Shown here: positions 25,416 through 37,554 of the stretch, piece by piece
How the letters are laid out: each line of letters begins with the position of its first letter
Position numbering within the stretch: position 1 is the first letter of the stretch
NCBI GenBank assembly: GCA_001643675.2
Contig: LSRY02000006.1
Location: 744,001-808,000, forward strand
From: Monocercomonoides exilis PA203
Taxonomy: Eukaryota; Protista; Preaxostyla
DNA length: 64,000 bases
Reading direction: 5' to 3'
The notes under the pieces: generated by a model
The model's database searches: none
Told to the model about the DNA's origin: nothing
The model's input: the letters and a program-made list of their open reading frames with translations, nothing else
Made by a program: the position numbers and the translations under genes

Positions 25416-26433
25416 ATGGTTCAAATGTCAAAAGATCTTCTGACGCATTATGTTGATGATCATGAAAATTGCTTCAAAGATATCGAGCCAAGGAAATTGT
25501 TAACTGCATTAGCAAAGCTATTGAAAATCGAGCAAGATGAAAAAGAAACAAAATTTCTTTTTTCTTTGATTGCAACAGTTATGAATCAATCTCCAAATAG
25601 TCTCGAGGTTGCAATTGATGACGGCCTTGTTCTTCAAATCATAAACAAGCTTAAAAAGCATTCTGCTGAAATAAAGTCATGGGAATCAAATGTTCTGAAT
25701 GAATTTGTATTTCAAGCAGAAGGCATTGAAACAACAAAACTCCTTGAGATGGGAATACTAACTGTGGCTGTAAATTTATTGGAAAACGACAGTCAAGAAT
25801 GTTGGAATCATGGAATAACAATGCTTGTAAATATTGTTAACGAGAAAGAATCTCAAGACGATGAAAAAGAACATCCACTTTCAAAAGAGTTATTTGATCT
25901 CCAAGCTGATACTCTTTTGATGAAGTTATATCACAACGAAGAGGCAGATGACAGCAATAAAGAAGACATTGCATTATGCGTTGGAGCAATTTATCAAGGC
26001 AAAGAAATTAAAAGGGAAATGTATCCTGCAGTTGAAACACTGAAAAGAATGGTGGCAGATGCTGAAGATGGAACAGACAGAATAAAGGCTATGAGGCGTT
26101 TGCGTTATTTAGCACTTGTTGAAGGTCTGAAATTTATATGATCAGATTTTGGATTTATTTTTTGAGGATTATTTGATATTTATCTTCATTCTATTTGTGA
26201 TGATATCTTCATTGAATTTCTTTTTAAAAAAATCATTATAATTTTACGCTTTTTTTTTTCAAAACAATTGAATAGCCAATCATTCTGTGGTTCTTAACGG
26301 AGATTTTCTTGTTGTCGCAAAGAAAGTGTACATGTTTGTGAAACTGCTTTGTTTTATCATACATTTTCTAAATTTACAATTTCTTTCTTTCTTTCTTTCT
26401 TTTTTTACAACCGCTTAGGACGACTTCAAATGA
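25416..26433 (+). CDS. ARM/HEAT-like helical protein, multi-exon; start uncertain
   Basis: Amphipathic helices (DDGLVLQII, LLEMGIL, KEDIALCVGAIY). Introns after GAAG|GTCTGA and before TAG|GACGACTTCAAATGA. Confidence 0.6.
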
Positions 26434-26881
26434 ATTTTTAATTAGTCACTCACTTCATTTTCTTCTAAATCTTCTTCATGAAGGTGTGATTCATTTTTTA
26501 TAAATGATTTTTGTAATTATCATTCCAAACTTTTTTCAGGTACTCTTGCAACGATTGACAAAGTGAAGAGTTTTATTGTTCCAAAGAGAATGATAGAACT
26601 TACCTCACATTTGGATCAACATATATGCGAAATTGCAACAGAATTGTGCGCTATATGCGGAATTCCAACAGAAAAATAATTGTTTTATAATTTTATTTTT
26701 TCAACAGTTTTTCACTTCAGATTTAACTTGTACATCACTTTCTTTCTTTTTTGTTTTGTCTTTCTCAATTAAACAAGAGCTTTAATAAATGAATTGAATT
26801 TATCCAAAAGTTTGTTTTTAAACAATTATGGAATTTCTGGATCATTTCCAAAAAAATTCACTAAAAAGTTATAAACAAGAC

Positions 26882-28524
26882 ATGGGACCCACTGCCAGCA
26901 CTGACGTTCCAAAAGGATTTTTAGAGCCTAAGCGTCTTACGAAAAAGCAACTTGTATGCATTCTCAAACTTTTATTTTTCTATTTTTCTTTTAGAAACAT
27001 CCTTCGGTAAGGGCTAAGCTTGAAACATTTGTCGAAGCCATTAAACAAGGAACACTATCTCCATTTCTTCCGGTTGATAATTAATTTATATTAAAAAGCA
27101 TCTTGTTAATCGTACTTTAGTCTCTTTCTTTAGAAAATTTGCCAGATGGCCTGACGGCATCTAATGTGATAACGTGTCCAATTTGCTTGTTCGAATATGA
27201 ACTTATCAATTCAACATCGTGCTGCCATCAGGTTAATTTACATTTTGTTCCTATTTGCGATTATTCATCTTCATTTTTTAAGTTAATATGTACTCATTGC
27301 TATTTTGATGCCCAAGTTGCTTACCTTACACAAACGCAACACTCTTTACAGTGCCCTCACTGTCATCATGTTTGACTGTTTATTTTATCAAATTTTTAAT
27401 TATCAATCTTCGGATTATTATTTCTATTTCAGCAACCATTTTCAGTTATCTTTGATCCACCAAAGGATTATCTTGAAATATTACAACTTATAAAAATTCG
27501 TGCAAAGAGACAAAAGCAGTTGAGCAATAGCGATATTGATTCTTCAGGTGAAAGTGTTGTTCAAAGAATACAGCCGCAAATAACATCTGCCAGATCGGAA
27601 GCTGCTCAACGAAGAAACGGTCGAAGCATTCCCGCACCACCAATGTATGTGGCTGAACAAGAAGAGCAGCGCATTGAAGATACGCGAGAAACCGCTCAAG
27701 CTAACGATAGAGGCACTGATGCTGGAAGAGACGCCTCAGCAGCATCAGAGGCCGATTCCAGCAATCCCAGGCGATCTGCTCCTGGACTGTCTTCTTCGCC
27801 AGCGTCACACACACACTCACGGTCAGCGTCTGTGCAGCAATCTGCCATCCCGCGCCAACCGATTGGGTCGCGGACGCTGTACGATCAGCTCACAGAGATT
27901 CTGCTGCCGCAGCTTCCAGACTTGGCTGCGAAAGTGGAGCAGCTCACAGGGCAGCCTATTGAAACTGTAGAGTTTGGAGGAAGAAGAGAAAGAGGGAGAA
28001 ATTCTGATTGCTTGGCTGATATGCCATCATCTTCGTCGTCATCATCTTCTTCGTCATCTTCATCGTCTTCTTCATCGTCTTCTTATACACAGTACTCTTC
28101 ATCTTCCTGCACTTCCGGCGAAGGAGGCAGCTCAGAAATACTTCCGCCTCCTGTTTTGCCAAATGATTTATTTGACACATTTCTGAAGTTTCTAATGCCC
28201 GAAAGGCGGCGGCGCAGCTGCCAGCCAGACAGCCGCTCGCAGTCTTCGCAAGCTTCGCATTCTTCGACTCCTTCCACATCGTCTGCCCCAGCAGAGCACC
28301 TTCACTCGCGCGAAGACAGCGCACAAATGCGCCGCGCTGCGGATGGCGCAGAGGAAAACGCGAATTATGCTTATCACAGAGAAGATGGCACGAATTCGCA
28401 GTTTGAAGGCAGTCCTGCTGCTCAGCCAACCAGAAATGCGCCTTCTTATTCTCCGAATCAAAGACAAGGCCAGACCCATCAGCGAAGGTCAAGCGGAGAT
28501 AGCCAAATGAGGGCTCAGCTATGA
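26882..28524 (+). CDS. Sip5/DA2(GW2)-like RING-finger protein with a disordered C-terminus, 4 short introns
   Basis: Spliced product begins MG (possible myristoylation site), then LSPFLP, CPICLFEYELINSTSCCHQ|LICTHC...CPHC, matching the C-x2-C...CC..IC..C...CP.C pattern of the DA2/Sip5 family. Confidence 0.75.
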
Positions 28525-28959
28525 TGGCGCATGGAGATGATGATGAAGGATACGAAAATTAAGAATAATTGAGGAAGTTCACAAGATTGAAGATCTTGGA
28601 TTTACATTTTGCATCTTGCAATCGTGCAATAATAAGGGGAAATAAATTCATGAAGAAAGTTCTTTTCGGAGATGCTTTATGAGGAGCCAATAATTTTTGG
28701 TAATTCTTTCCATTTTTGATAAGGATGGTCATGAAAATGCAAGAATTTTATTAACTGAAAAACAATAACTTCATATTTGATTGTTTGAATTGATAATTTT
28801 CGCAAGTTTTAGTTAATTTTTTTGTTGTGCATTGTCAAGTGTATTATTTTATTGTTTAAAAAAATTATTCACTATGTTGAAAGCTTTTAATTTCATTTTT
28901 GATCTTAACTAATTATTTTTTCTTTTTATTATGTTAAAATTATAATTTATGCTTTTTAG

Positions 28960-31900
28960 CCAAGAATCTTTTTCAAATGCAAAAAATATTGCTGTTGTTC
29001 AGTCAATAAAATATGCCTCCGTTCATAGAATCGAGGATTTTGAGCAATTGTACGTTTTAACTCCAAGAACAGGAAATGAATTTGTTAATTCTTGCTTTTC
29101 TGTTGATGGTTTGAGAACAACCTAAAAGCAAGTTCCATTTTTAAAATCACTGTTTTGTGTGAAACATTTTCGTTCATTTTTAGGAACACAACTTTATTGC
29201 TGTGAAGATGATGGAATTATAACAATATACTCTGTCGAAACGGGAGCTCCTGTTAAATCATTTTCAACAATTGAAGAAAATGTGAAAAATGCTGACTATG
29301 AAAATCTCCCAGAATCAGCATCTCGAAGAAGACAATCTGTCTTAGATTTTTTGCATTCTGTTTCAAGAAGTTGTTTTTGCATTAACTTTACAAAATGCTT
29401 GGTATTTGATCATCAAGCTTTATCCCTCCCACGAACGCTTACTCTTTTCCCTCAAATCCCCAATTTTTTAGGGGATACTTCATCTATTATTAAGCCAACA
29501 TCTTTTTCTCTTCTAACAACGGTAAATGCTAATGGTAATGTGACAATAAGCCTTGATGGATCGCTTCATTTAGCAACAATCCCCGTATTAAAGCATGCTT
29601 TTAATCATATCAACGAAAATGGGCAAGTTACAAGCGCTTCTGAAAGTACTGATTTTGAACGAACTTATAAAGAAAGCGAAAATATATCAGACGCAAATCA
29701 ACTTCCATATTTATCATTTATAGTAACGTCAATTCAAGTTGCAGATGATCTTTCATCTATTTTAATCAACGTTTCGAATCCAGTGGAAAATCAACTTTTA
29801 TATTTTGACTCTTCAGTTATTTCTGCCAATATTTATCCTCTTCATCAGTTGCATTACATGCTGAATTGCTTAACTTATTATCACATACGTATTGTTAGGT
29901 TTGTGCGATATCTACGCAACGAATGGGTTTCAAAAAGTGATGAATGGAAATCAATAATTCTTGATCTTGGAAAATGCACAAAATGTTTGTAAAAAAAAAA
30001 GAGAGGGATAAATGTGAAAGAAACAGAAATTTTCAGTAAGAATATTGTGATTAAAATATTTCTTTGAATGTCTTTTGAACTTTTTTGTTTGTCTATTGCT
30101 ATTTGTTCACAATTATTTCAAAAAAAATGTGCTTTAACAGTGCACCAACATAAAGAAATAAGTGCTTCAGAAGGAGAATCAAAGGAAGAAACGAGCGATA
30201 ATATTTTTGATGAAAAGACTCAGCAAAAACAATTTTTTGAAGCAGCAGCAGATGATTTGCTAGTTTTGATGACATGTGGGCCTGTTACTGATTCTTTGCA
30301 GAACTTTTTTAAGACGGATATTCAACAAGTTTGCTTAATTTTTGTATTCATCCAAAATTGTGATGTTTTTTAAAAATATAATAATATGCAACCTTTTGTA
30401 ACCTTTTATTTATCGCTTTGCTTCAACGCGTAATTTTCACTTTGTAAGAACATTATTCGAACAGTCAAAAGCTACACTTCTTTCTGTGACGCCCTTTTGG
30501 ACAACTGTGTAAATATGCTTGAGCCTTGCATTGAGTCGTTGTTGGGTCTTCTTTCAGATCTCATTGGCACAATGCGGCAGCCGGCATATCAGCCTTTTCA
30601 AATGGAAAAGCAAGTGAATGTGGCGTATCATGCTGCGCAGAATATTAAAAAAGCTTTGTCTAAGTTTTATTCCGAATTAGCAGCGACAAGAGAAGGAGTG
30701 GAGGCTATTTTTCAGCTGCTTCTTTACCGTGTGCTTTTTCTTATTAATGTTACAAAAGTTCATTTTTTTTTATAATATTTTCACAAAATAAATAATCAAA
30801 ACTAAACTTTCTCGATTTAAAAGACACTAATTATTGGTCGAATCCAGAAAAACTTGAAACTGGAGAATCTGTCAAGCAGATTTTTCAGATGCTAAATATC
30901 ACGCAAGCTCATCCTCTTCTTTCTATTACACCTTCACTTTTTGATCGGGCATTATCTCTTTTTCACACAGATACGGTACTTGCTGCCATAAGCGGTGAAG
31001 ATGATGCTCTTTCACTTGGAAGAACAATAATTGAGTTGCATGTTGAAATGCAAAAGATGTTTCTTGTCCCAAGTGAATATTTATCGAAAAGCATATCTTT
31101 GCGATACACAATTTCTTTAGGCAACTCATTCTGGATGCGCAATGAACTGCTCGACAATCATTCAAGTGAACAGATGTCAAATATGCTATCGGCAAATGAC
31201 GAAGGTGTGGATGAAGGAAACACCCACAGTGGAGAAATGGTAGCTGATGCAAAAAAAAAATATTCTAACAGAGAAAGCCGAATCATAAAATCATCTCAAG
31301 CGTTAACACTTTTCCAGCTTTCATTTGCCCGATGGCTATCCTATCGCTTTCGAAAGGGAGATATGATTGATTGGGATGATGAAGATTGGATGTTTGCCAA
31401 AAGAGAAGGAATTTCTATGAGCAATGAAGAGTATTCGATCTTTGAAGATGAAAAGGATCTTTTCAAAGCTGGAGAGCGTATTGATAATTCCATTCAACAG
31501 AGAAGTGATGAAGAAAAGCCGAAGCACAGATATGGCGAAGATTCAGAGACGTCTGATGGAAGTGTTCTTCACGATGCAGCAGATCAAATACCACTGGAAG
31601 ATCAGGCCGCATTGAGGGAAATGGCAATAGAGCTTCTGAGAGTCGAAGATGAAAACAAAGGCAGATTCTTGTGTGATTTGTGGACAACAGTTGCAAGTCC
31701 TTCACCCATTTTTTTGGCGCAAAAATTGAAAGGCAAAGAGAAACAGCTTGATTCAAAAACTGAAAGGATATTTGTGGATGCAGAGATGAAAGTTGATCCT
31801 CAAGATCGCCAATCCATTTTTAATAATGCTAAAAAAGATGAAAGTCCAATTTGTCAAGACAAAGCAGAACGACTTGAACCGATTGAACCTGCAGATACAC

Positions 31901-32958
31901 ATTCAATACTTTCATTGATCGCATCTAGCTACCCACTTGAAGAATCGATAAGTGACTCATCAGGTGCAGATAATTCAGAAGCTGAAGAATTAAATCCAGT
32001 TGAAGAATTGCTTTATACTGATGCTTCTCTGGAACCTGAAGGTGAGTCTGTATCATCGTATGACGAATCATTAAATATACCTCAGTCTTTTGTAAATGTT
32101 CACTACTTTTGTTGGGTTGATATTTCTGTAAATTCGAATATCGTGCATATAATACGCATTGAACAAGAAATTCATCGTCCATCTTTATCTGCCGTTCTAC
32201 CACTTTTCCCGATTTCTCCGAAAGAGATTGGTGTGCAACATTTGTGTTTTTTATTCCAATAAAAAAGTTTTTTGTTGACTTTTTTAAATAGCATTTTCAC
32301 GCTTATCAATTCTTTGCCCTTACACACCACGCAATCTTGCACTTCTGCCAAACGATTCGATTTGTGTACTTTATGGACCTTCTGATCTGCAATCTGATCG
32401 TTTGCCATTTAATGCATCAATTTTTATTTCATTTTTATTGAACCGTTTTTGCTGAACATTATTATTTTCCTGAATCATTCCATCTTTATTGAATTCAGCA
32501 CATCCGTCTCATTTCGTGAGGATATATTCTTTTTCATCTTCGTCTTGGAAACAATTCACCCCTAGATCACTTTCATCTTCTCCAAAGCTTCATTTCTCCT
32601 TCGATCCTCATGAACGCCCATTTCATGCCACTCAAAAAGCAAGTTTCCCAATTTCTCTTAACATCTCAGGAGATATTCCATATTCAATGAGTGTTTCAAA
32701 GGAGAAAAGGCGATGTATTGTTCGTGGAATAAGAGGAAGTGTTTGTTTTTTTCTAATATAAAATTTTTGGTTGATAACGTTTTAATCTTAAACATTATTT
32801 ATCGTTTTCAATCACAATTCTTGAAATTTAAAAAATAGTGCTTTTCTTTTTCATTTGATTGTATTGACATAATTAATCCTTGTAATGATACAGCGTATCA
32901 AACGTTATTTGGAGAAGATGAATTAACCAAATCGATTAAAATGGAAGAAGATGGATGA
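28960..32958 (+). CDS. ANAPC4: Anaphase-promoting complex subunit 4-like (WD40 plus helical long domain), multi-exon; first exon not located
   Basis: SVHRI..., FSVDG|TQLYCCEDDGIITIYSVETG (ANAPC4_WD40-like), NGNVTISLDG, ADDLSSILI, DLLVLMTCG..DSLQNFF and LEPCIESLLGLLSDLIG occur in APC4 order. Confidence 0.72.
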
Positions 32959-33179
32959 TTGATGTGCAACGGGGTAAAAGAAGTGCTATTTCTTTTCATT
33001 TAAATAATTTTCTTTTTTATGGTTATGATGTAAATCTTATATTTATAATTCAATCTCTTTCTTTTTTTCAAGAGCTGCTGTGAAATCACACAAAATTTTC
33101 ACCATTAAAAATTTCCCAAAAACATTTATCATTAATATTAATCGGTTATGTGTAACTTTATGGGTTCAACTTTATTCTC

Positions 33180-33256
33180 TTCGCCGAGAACAATCAAGAA
33201 CTTCAACACCTCCTTATTTTGGGAGTGAGCGCCATATTATGGGCTCAGTCGTTCAA
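33180..33256. repeat. DIRS 3' inverted terminal repeat
   Basis: GAACTTCAACACCTCCTTATTTTGGGAGTGAGCGCCATATTATGGGCTCAGTCGTTCAA is the exact reverse complement of 37454-37512. Confidence 0.92.
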
Positions 33257-33464
33257 GTGAAGTGCGAGCGGTGAATGGCAAGTAAAAATTAAGGAATTAA
33301 ATAATCGTTATCAAAAATTAACAATTGATGTGCAAAAACAAAGTGCACAAGGTGGTGTTGATAAATTACTACAAACAATTCCAAAAGTGAGTGAATTGGA
33401 CAAATTTGTGCCAAACATATCTCATTTCCAAAGGGCGGGAAGAGTTTTACTCGTGGTGGGAAAA

Positions 33465-33565
33465 GAGGTGTTGAAGTTCTTGATTGTTCTCGGCGAATTA
33501 AAATGCAAAGCCTTTTAATTCTTAAGAACAATCGTTGAACTTCAACACCTCCTTATTTTGGGAGT
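33465..33565. repeat. DIRS internal complementary region (ICR)
   Basis: Its reverse complement reads ...GCATTTTAA-TTC-GCCGAGAACAATC..., which is the junction obtained by joining position 37554 to 33180 through the shared TTC. Confidence 0.92.
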
Positions 33566-33854
33566 AAAATAGTTCTGATTTCCTTCTTGCATATAAAGTT
33601 CTGACTCCAATCATTGTTTCCAAAATTGCAACTGCTCCTTTTTGATTTCTTTCCACAAGAATCTCCTTGTTATCACGATTTTTTTCACCTGGTTCTTCAA
33701 CCTGGTTGGGGAATATTGTTTCTCCTTCAGAGCCCTTTGGAAAATTCGTAGATGTGGTTTGCGCTGACTGAGCATAATCGTTTCTATCCTGCAAGCACAT
33801 CTGGCTTTGAGGTTTCCTATTGTCGACCGTTGATAACAAGGTGTCCGCCATCCT

Positions 33855-34801
33855 TTAAGCTAAATTTACTTTGAAGTATGAACGAGTTGGAGTGTGTGAG
33901 TTTGGTGACATACGCGCGTGCCTCGCCACCATTGCTTCTGGAACTCCTTTGGACAATAGTGCTGAAATAGCTGCATGCTTGAGAGTGTAAGGTCGATATT
34001 CACCTGGAATCCCAATCTGAGTCATTTAAAGGCGGGCCAACTTACGAATTCCTTCTGTCTTAAGCGGAGTGTGCTGTACCGTGTTGAGTAAAAATGTGTC
34101 TCTATTTTCATAAGTAGTCATAACTCTGCCCCAAAGTGATTTAATAGCTCTTCCTGTACAAACCTTTTCGTCCGCACTTTTCAAAATTGGAACTGTTATA
34201 TATGAGGGTGTTGGAGATGTTTTCAAATTTGTGAATAAATGGATGGAGTCCTCTTGCACAACGGATTGGTTCATGGATATTCTTTCCATCTCACGGAAGC
34301 GACATGCTGTGAAAATAATTAACAGGATAATGCATTAAACGGTCAGATCGAAGAACGATAATTCCTCATTTGTAGGCATGCGATTGTAATAGTCAAATGC
34401 TACTGAAGGAGACCACATAGATGTATAAGGTTTCCTTGGAATGTGAGATCGATGGAACTAGCGGAATAATGTCTCTATCAGCGGGACTTGTCCCAGGTTT
34501 TCTCCGTAACTGATTCTGGTTAATAACGAGACCGCGGATCTTGTTGTGCAAAGACTGAATATGGTAAACCTTTATCTCTCAACTTTATGAAAATGTTAGC
34601 ACAGATCTGGGACCATTCGCTGAATTCCTTCGGAAAGTCTCCATATCCCTCTTCCTCCAACGCCTGTGAGAAATGTGCAAAGCCGAACGTGTCCGAAGAC
34701 CAAGTTGTGGAAGCGACACTATTTCGAGACTCAAAGATAATGAGATCAGGAACATTGAACCTTTTTAGCCCGCGCTTCCACCATTCCTCCCCGATTTCCA
34801 T
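33855..34801 (-). pseudogene. DIRS tyrosine recombinase (one frameshift at ~34550, in-frame stops at 34458, 34335, 34026; frame stays open past 33855 to 33522)
   Basis: Reconstructed motifs YTSMWSP, FTACRFREM, TNLKT, GIPGEYRPYTLKHAAISALL, ARHARMS...SYF. Confidence 0.85.
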
Positions 34802-36700
34802 TACCAATTTAGTCTCCCCGCTATGTAACCTCCTGGTGGGAGAGATGCTCCTGTTCTCTTTAAGCCTATGCCTGGTTGAAGAATAGTTTGCGAATTCTTC
34901 CAATATACGAAGCGTGTCATCATTCTTTTCAATGGAGGCGTCCAGATTTGATCTCTCCAGGCTGGAATTAGTATAACTGCTCTTGCTCTCTCTCCAAATC
35001 TTCATCAGGCACGGAAGGATAAGCGGAACAGGGGGATGAACTAGAGTCACTGCGTATTTCCAACTTACGGCCAATCCGTCCTCTGCGAAGGGACTTCCTG
35101 GTCCAAACCAAATTTGTGCTTTGTTGTTTCCTTGACTTGCGAATGCATCCTGCTCTATTTCGACATTTAACTGCTTCTGAACCTCCTCCATTCCCTTCCG
35201 TGTGATCTGGTAGTCTCCTGATCTTTCTAGTCTTGATAAGGAATCTGCTGCACTGTTCAAAATGCCTGGAAGGTGAATCGCTTTCACTTTGATCCCCATC
35301 TGGAGAATTGCTCGTCTGATCTTTCTTATGATGCCGATTAAGTTTCTTCCTGCAGCCCAGCGGTTTATGTTGAAGACAACGCTTGAGTTGTCTGATCTAA
35401 GGAGCAGATTCTTCACTTTGTATTTCTTGATATAGGGCTCGAAATGGTTGAGAGAAAGGAGAACTGCCAGTGATTCCTTGAAATTTGAACTTTGCGAAAT
35501 GAATCTTCGATTGAAAGGCTGATGATAATGGTAACATGCTCCGTTGACTTCTAAGATGGCTCCACATGCCCAAGGGGCTGCATCTGTTGTTAACACCGCA
35601 TCTGGAACTGAGTAAATTTCCAAATCTCTTCTTTCTTCCTTCCTCAAGCGCGATTCCCAATATGAGATTTGTTTGAAAACTCCGTAATTCATCGCGAATT
35701 CTCCATCCCATTTATTTTTTCGAACAATTCTGTTGAGCAGAGCGTATAATCTGTTCATTTGAAGCCCTGCGTCTTTGCACACAAATCGCACTGCACTTAT
35801 TGAACCGATGAATGAGGCATAATCTCTTGTTTTCACTGTCGCTCCAATTTTTGCCTTTGTCATCCACCGCTTGCACTCCTTGCTTAATGCCTTCCTTCTG
35901 TTCCTTTCCAGTGCAACTGTCATCTTTGTTGTTCTCCTAGTCCAACCCAAGAAGTTGAAGACTTGTCTCGGAGTTACACTGCTCTTTTCCACATTGACCA
36001 TAAGTCCAAGCTCTGCAAACCATTTTATCACTTTGTCCGTCACTTCTGTTAGATAGATAGGGTTTTGGTGGATAAGGATAACGTCGTCCAAGTATGCCAT
36101 GCATTTCACATCCCATTGCTCTCTGATGCTTTGCAATACCTTTCTCATCAGTCTCGTGAAGATCAGTGGAGCATCCTTGTACCCGAATGGCATGCCGCGA
36201 AAAGCGAATGTTTCTTCGTGAAAGGAAAAGGCGAGAAACGGAACAAACGAGTCGTGAACTGGGACGAGGAAGTATGCTTGGGATAAATCTAAGGTGGTGG
36301 CGAAATCGTTGTGCTCTAATAATCTTTCTAAAGTCCGGTGGTCTTCCATTTTGAAATGGATGTTCTTCACAGCGGCATTTAACGGACGGCAGTCTGGTAT
36401 TTGTCGGTATTTTCTATCTTTTTTTGTAATGAAAAACATGTTGCTCAGGCAACGCACCTTCTTCCTGTCTATTTTTGATATGACACCTGTTGCTAAACCT
36501 TCTCTTATCCAAGCGGCACAGGCTAACTCCTCCTACTGTCCTCCGAAAAAGCCCTTGTTCATTCGTACTTCTCTCATCAATCTGTCCTTTGCCTGTTTTC
36601 TCTTCCAGACCGGGCAAATTCCCTCCGAAATAGCATTTGTGACACCGATCTTCTTCCACTCCGCGGAGAACAATCGAGTTCTTCCTCCCACTATTGCTTA
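34801..36700 (-). pseudogene. DIRS pol: reverse transcriptase, RNase H and Dam-like adenine methyltransferase domain
   Basis: LDLSQAY, GMPFG, YLDD, FLG (RT); TTDAA, SDN, ADSLSR (RNase H); DAFAS..N.K...DGL..SW...HPP (MT). TAG at 36533 and a frameshift in a (GA)n run at ~34985, after which the frame reads IPAWRDQIW...LPPG. Start approximate. Confidence 0.9.
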
Positions 36701-37446
36701 TTTCCCCAAGCTTTCTTGGAAAATGTTCCCGGTCGAGGCCTGCAGCAGCGGGCCTGCACGCGAAAAAATCTTGTTCTAGTGATTCTTCTTTTTGGTTGAG
36801 GCTTAGCCGTTGAGTGTTTGGCTTCAAGAATAGGCTTGATGATTTCGAGTTTGTCACTAGTAATTAGAGGATCTTCTGATCCGTCCTTTTAAACGTGGGC
36901 AGCTTTGAAACCATATTCTGCCTGAATGCGAGAATGTCTTGCCTCTTGCAACGCCGCAATTATCATAAGCACCGCATCAGCAACTCTATCCCGTTGTGAA
37001 GCTCCTTCATCCTGTAGTAAAATTAGCGCCTTCAGAGCGGGAAATAGATATTGCTCCACTCTCCAACCGCTCGAATCCAAGGCATCCTTTATTAAATTTG
37101 TAGATCTTGAATGGGCATGTGTTTGCGATGGTATGAATGGGACAAATGATAAAGATTCATAAGCATTCTTGGTTTCCTGAACATCTGCTCGATCAAGCTG
37201 AAAATTTAATACTGGAGCAGACACAGCTTCTCCGAAGAGTTCCGTAGATAAAGTTGCCAGTTTGTTGGTTGACGGAATAACCTGTGACCCGCTGTGACTT
37301 TGGCCAGATTGAGTCCGTGAGATGGGAGATGTTGAGCTACTTGTGGAGTTGGATTGAGATAGATCCAAGCCGCCCGTTGGTCCGCCCGCAGAGAATATAC
37401 TGCTTGGTTCAGACGCAGGTCCAAAATTAGTAGCTTCAATTTCCAT
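36691..37446 (-). pseudogene. DIRS gag-like ORF1 with one internal TAA at 36889
   Basis: First ORF after the 5' ITR; helical C-terminal half; the frame continues past the TAA (KDGSEDPLIT...) and overlaps the pol start. Confidence 0.65.
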
Positions 37447-37453
37447 TGATCGG

Positions 37454-37554
37454 TTGAACGACTGAGCCCATAATATGGCGCTCACTCCCAAAATAAGGAG
37501 GTGTTGAAGTTCAACGATTGTTCTTAAGAATTAAAAGGCTTTGCATTTTAATTC
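37454..37554. repeat. DIRS 5' inverted terminal repeat, ending in a 9-bp-stem hairpin
   Basis: Complementary to 33198-33256 and to ICR 33495-33565. Terminal 27 nt GAATTAAAA-GGCTTTGCA-TTTTAATTC. Confidence 0.92.

Larger units (their letters stand above)
33180..37554 (-). mobile_element. DIRS1-like tyrosine-recombinase retrotransposon, full structure, coding-decayed
   Basis: Inverted terminal repeats, an internal complementary region, and gag, RT-RH-MT and YR genes. Both ends are bounded by TTC with no TSD. Confidence 0.93.

Noticed and set aside
33180-33565. Repeated ~30-60-bp sequences resembling a CRISPR array
   Set aside because: The copies are in mixed orientation with irregular spacing and are fully explained as DIRS ITR and ICR.
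34520-36457. 645-aa ORF as a novel RT-RNaseH-methylase-recombinase fusion
   Set aside because: The conserved MT C-terminus lies in another frame after a (GA)n run, so the fusion results from a frameshift.
33855-36891. All in-frame stops found in the DIRS ORFs are TAA/TAG, suggesting a TAR=Gln genetic code
   Set aside because: About 490 codons of RT-RH-MT contain many Gln and no TAR, one stop sits where Lys is expected, host genes end in TAA, and frameshifts show general decay.
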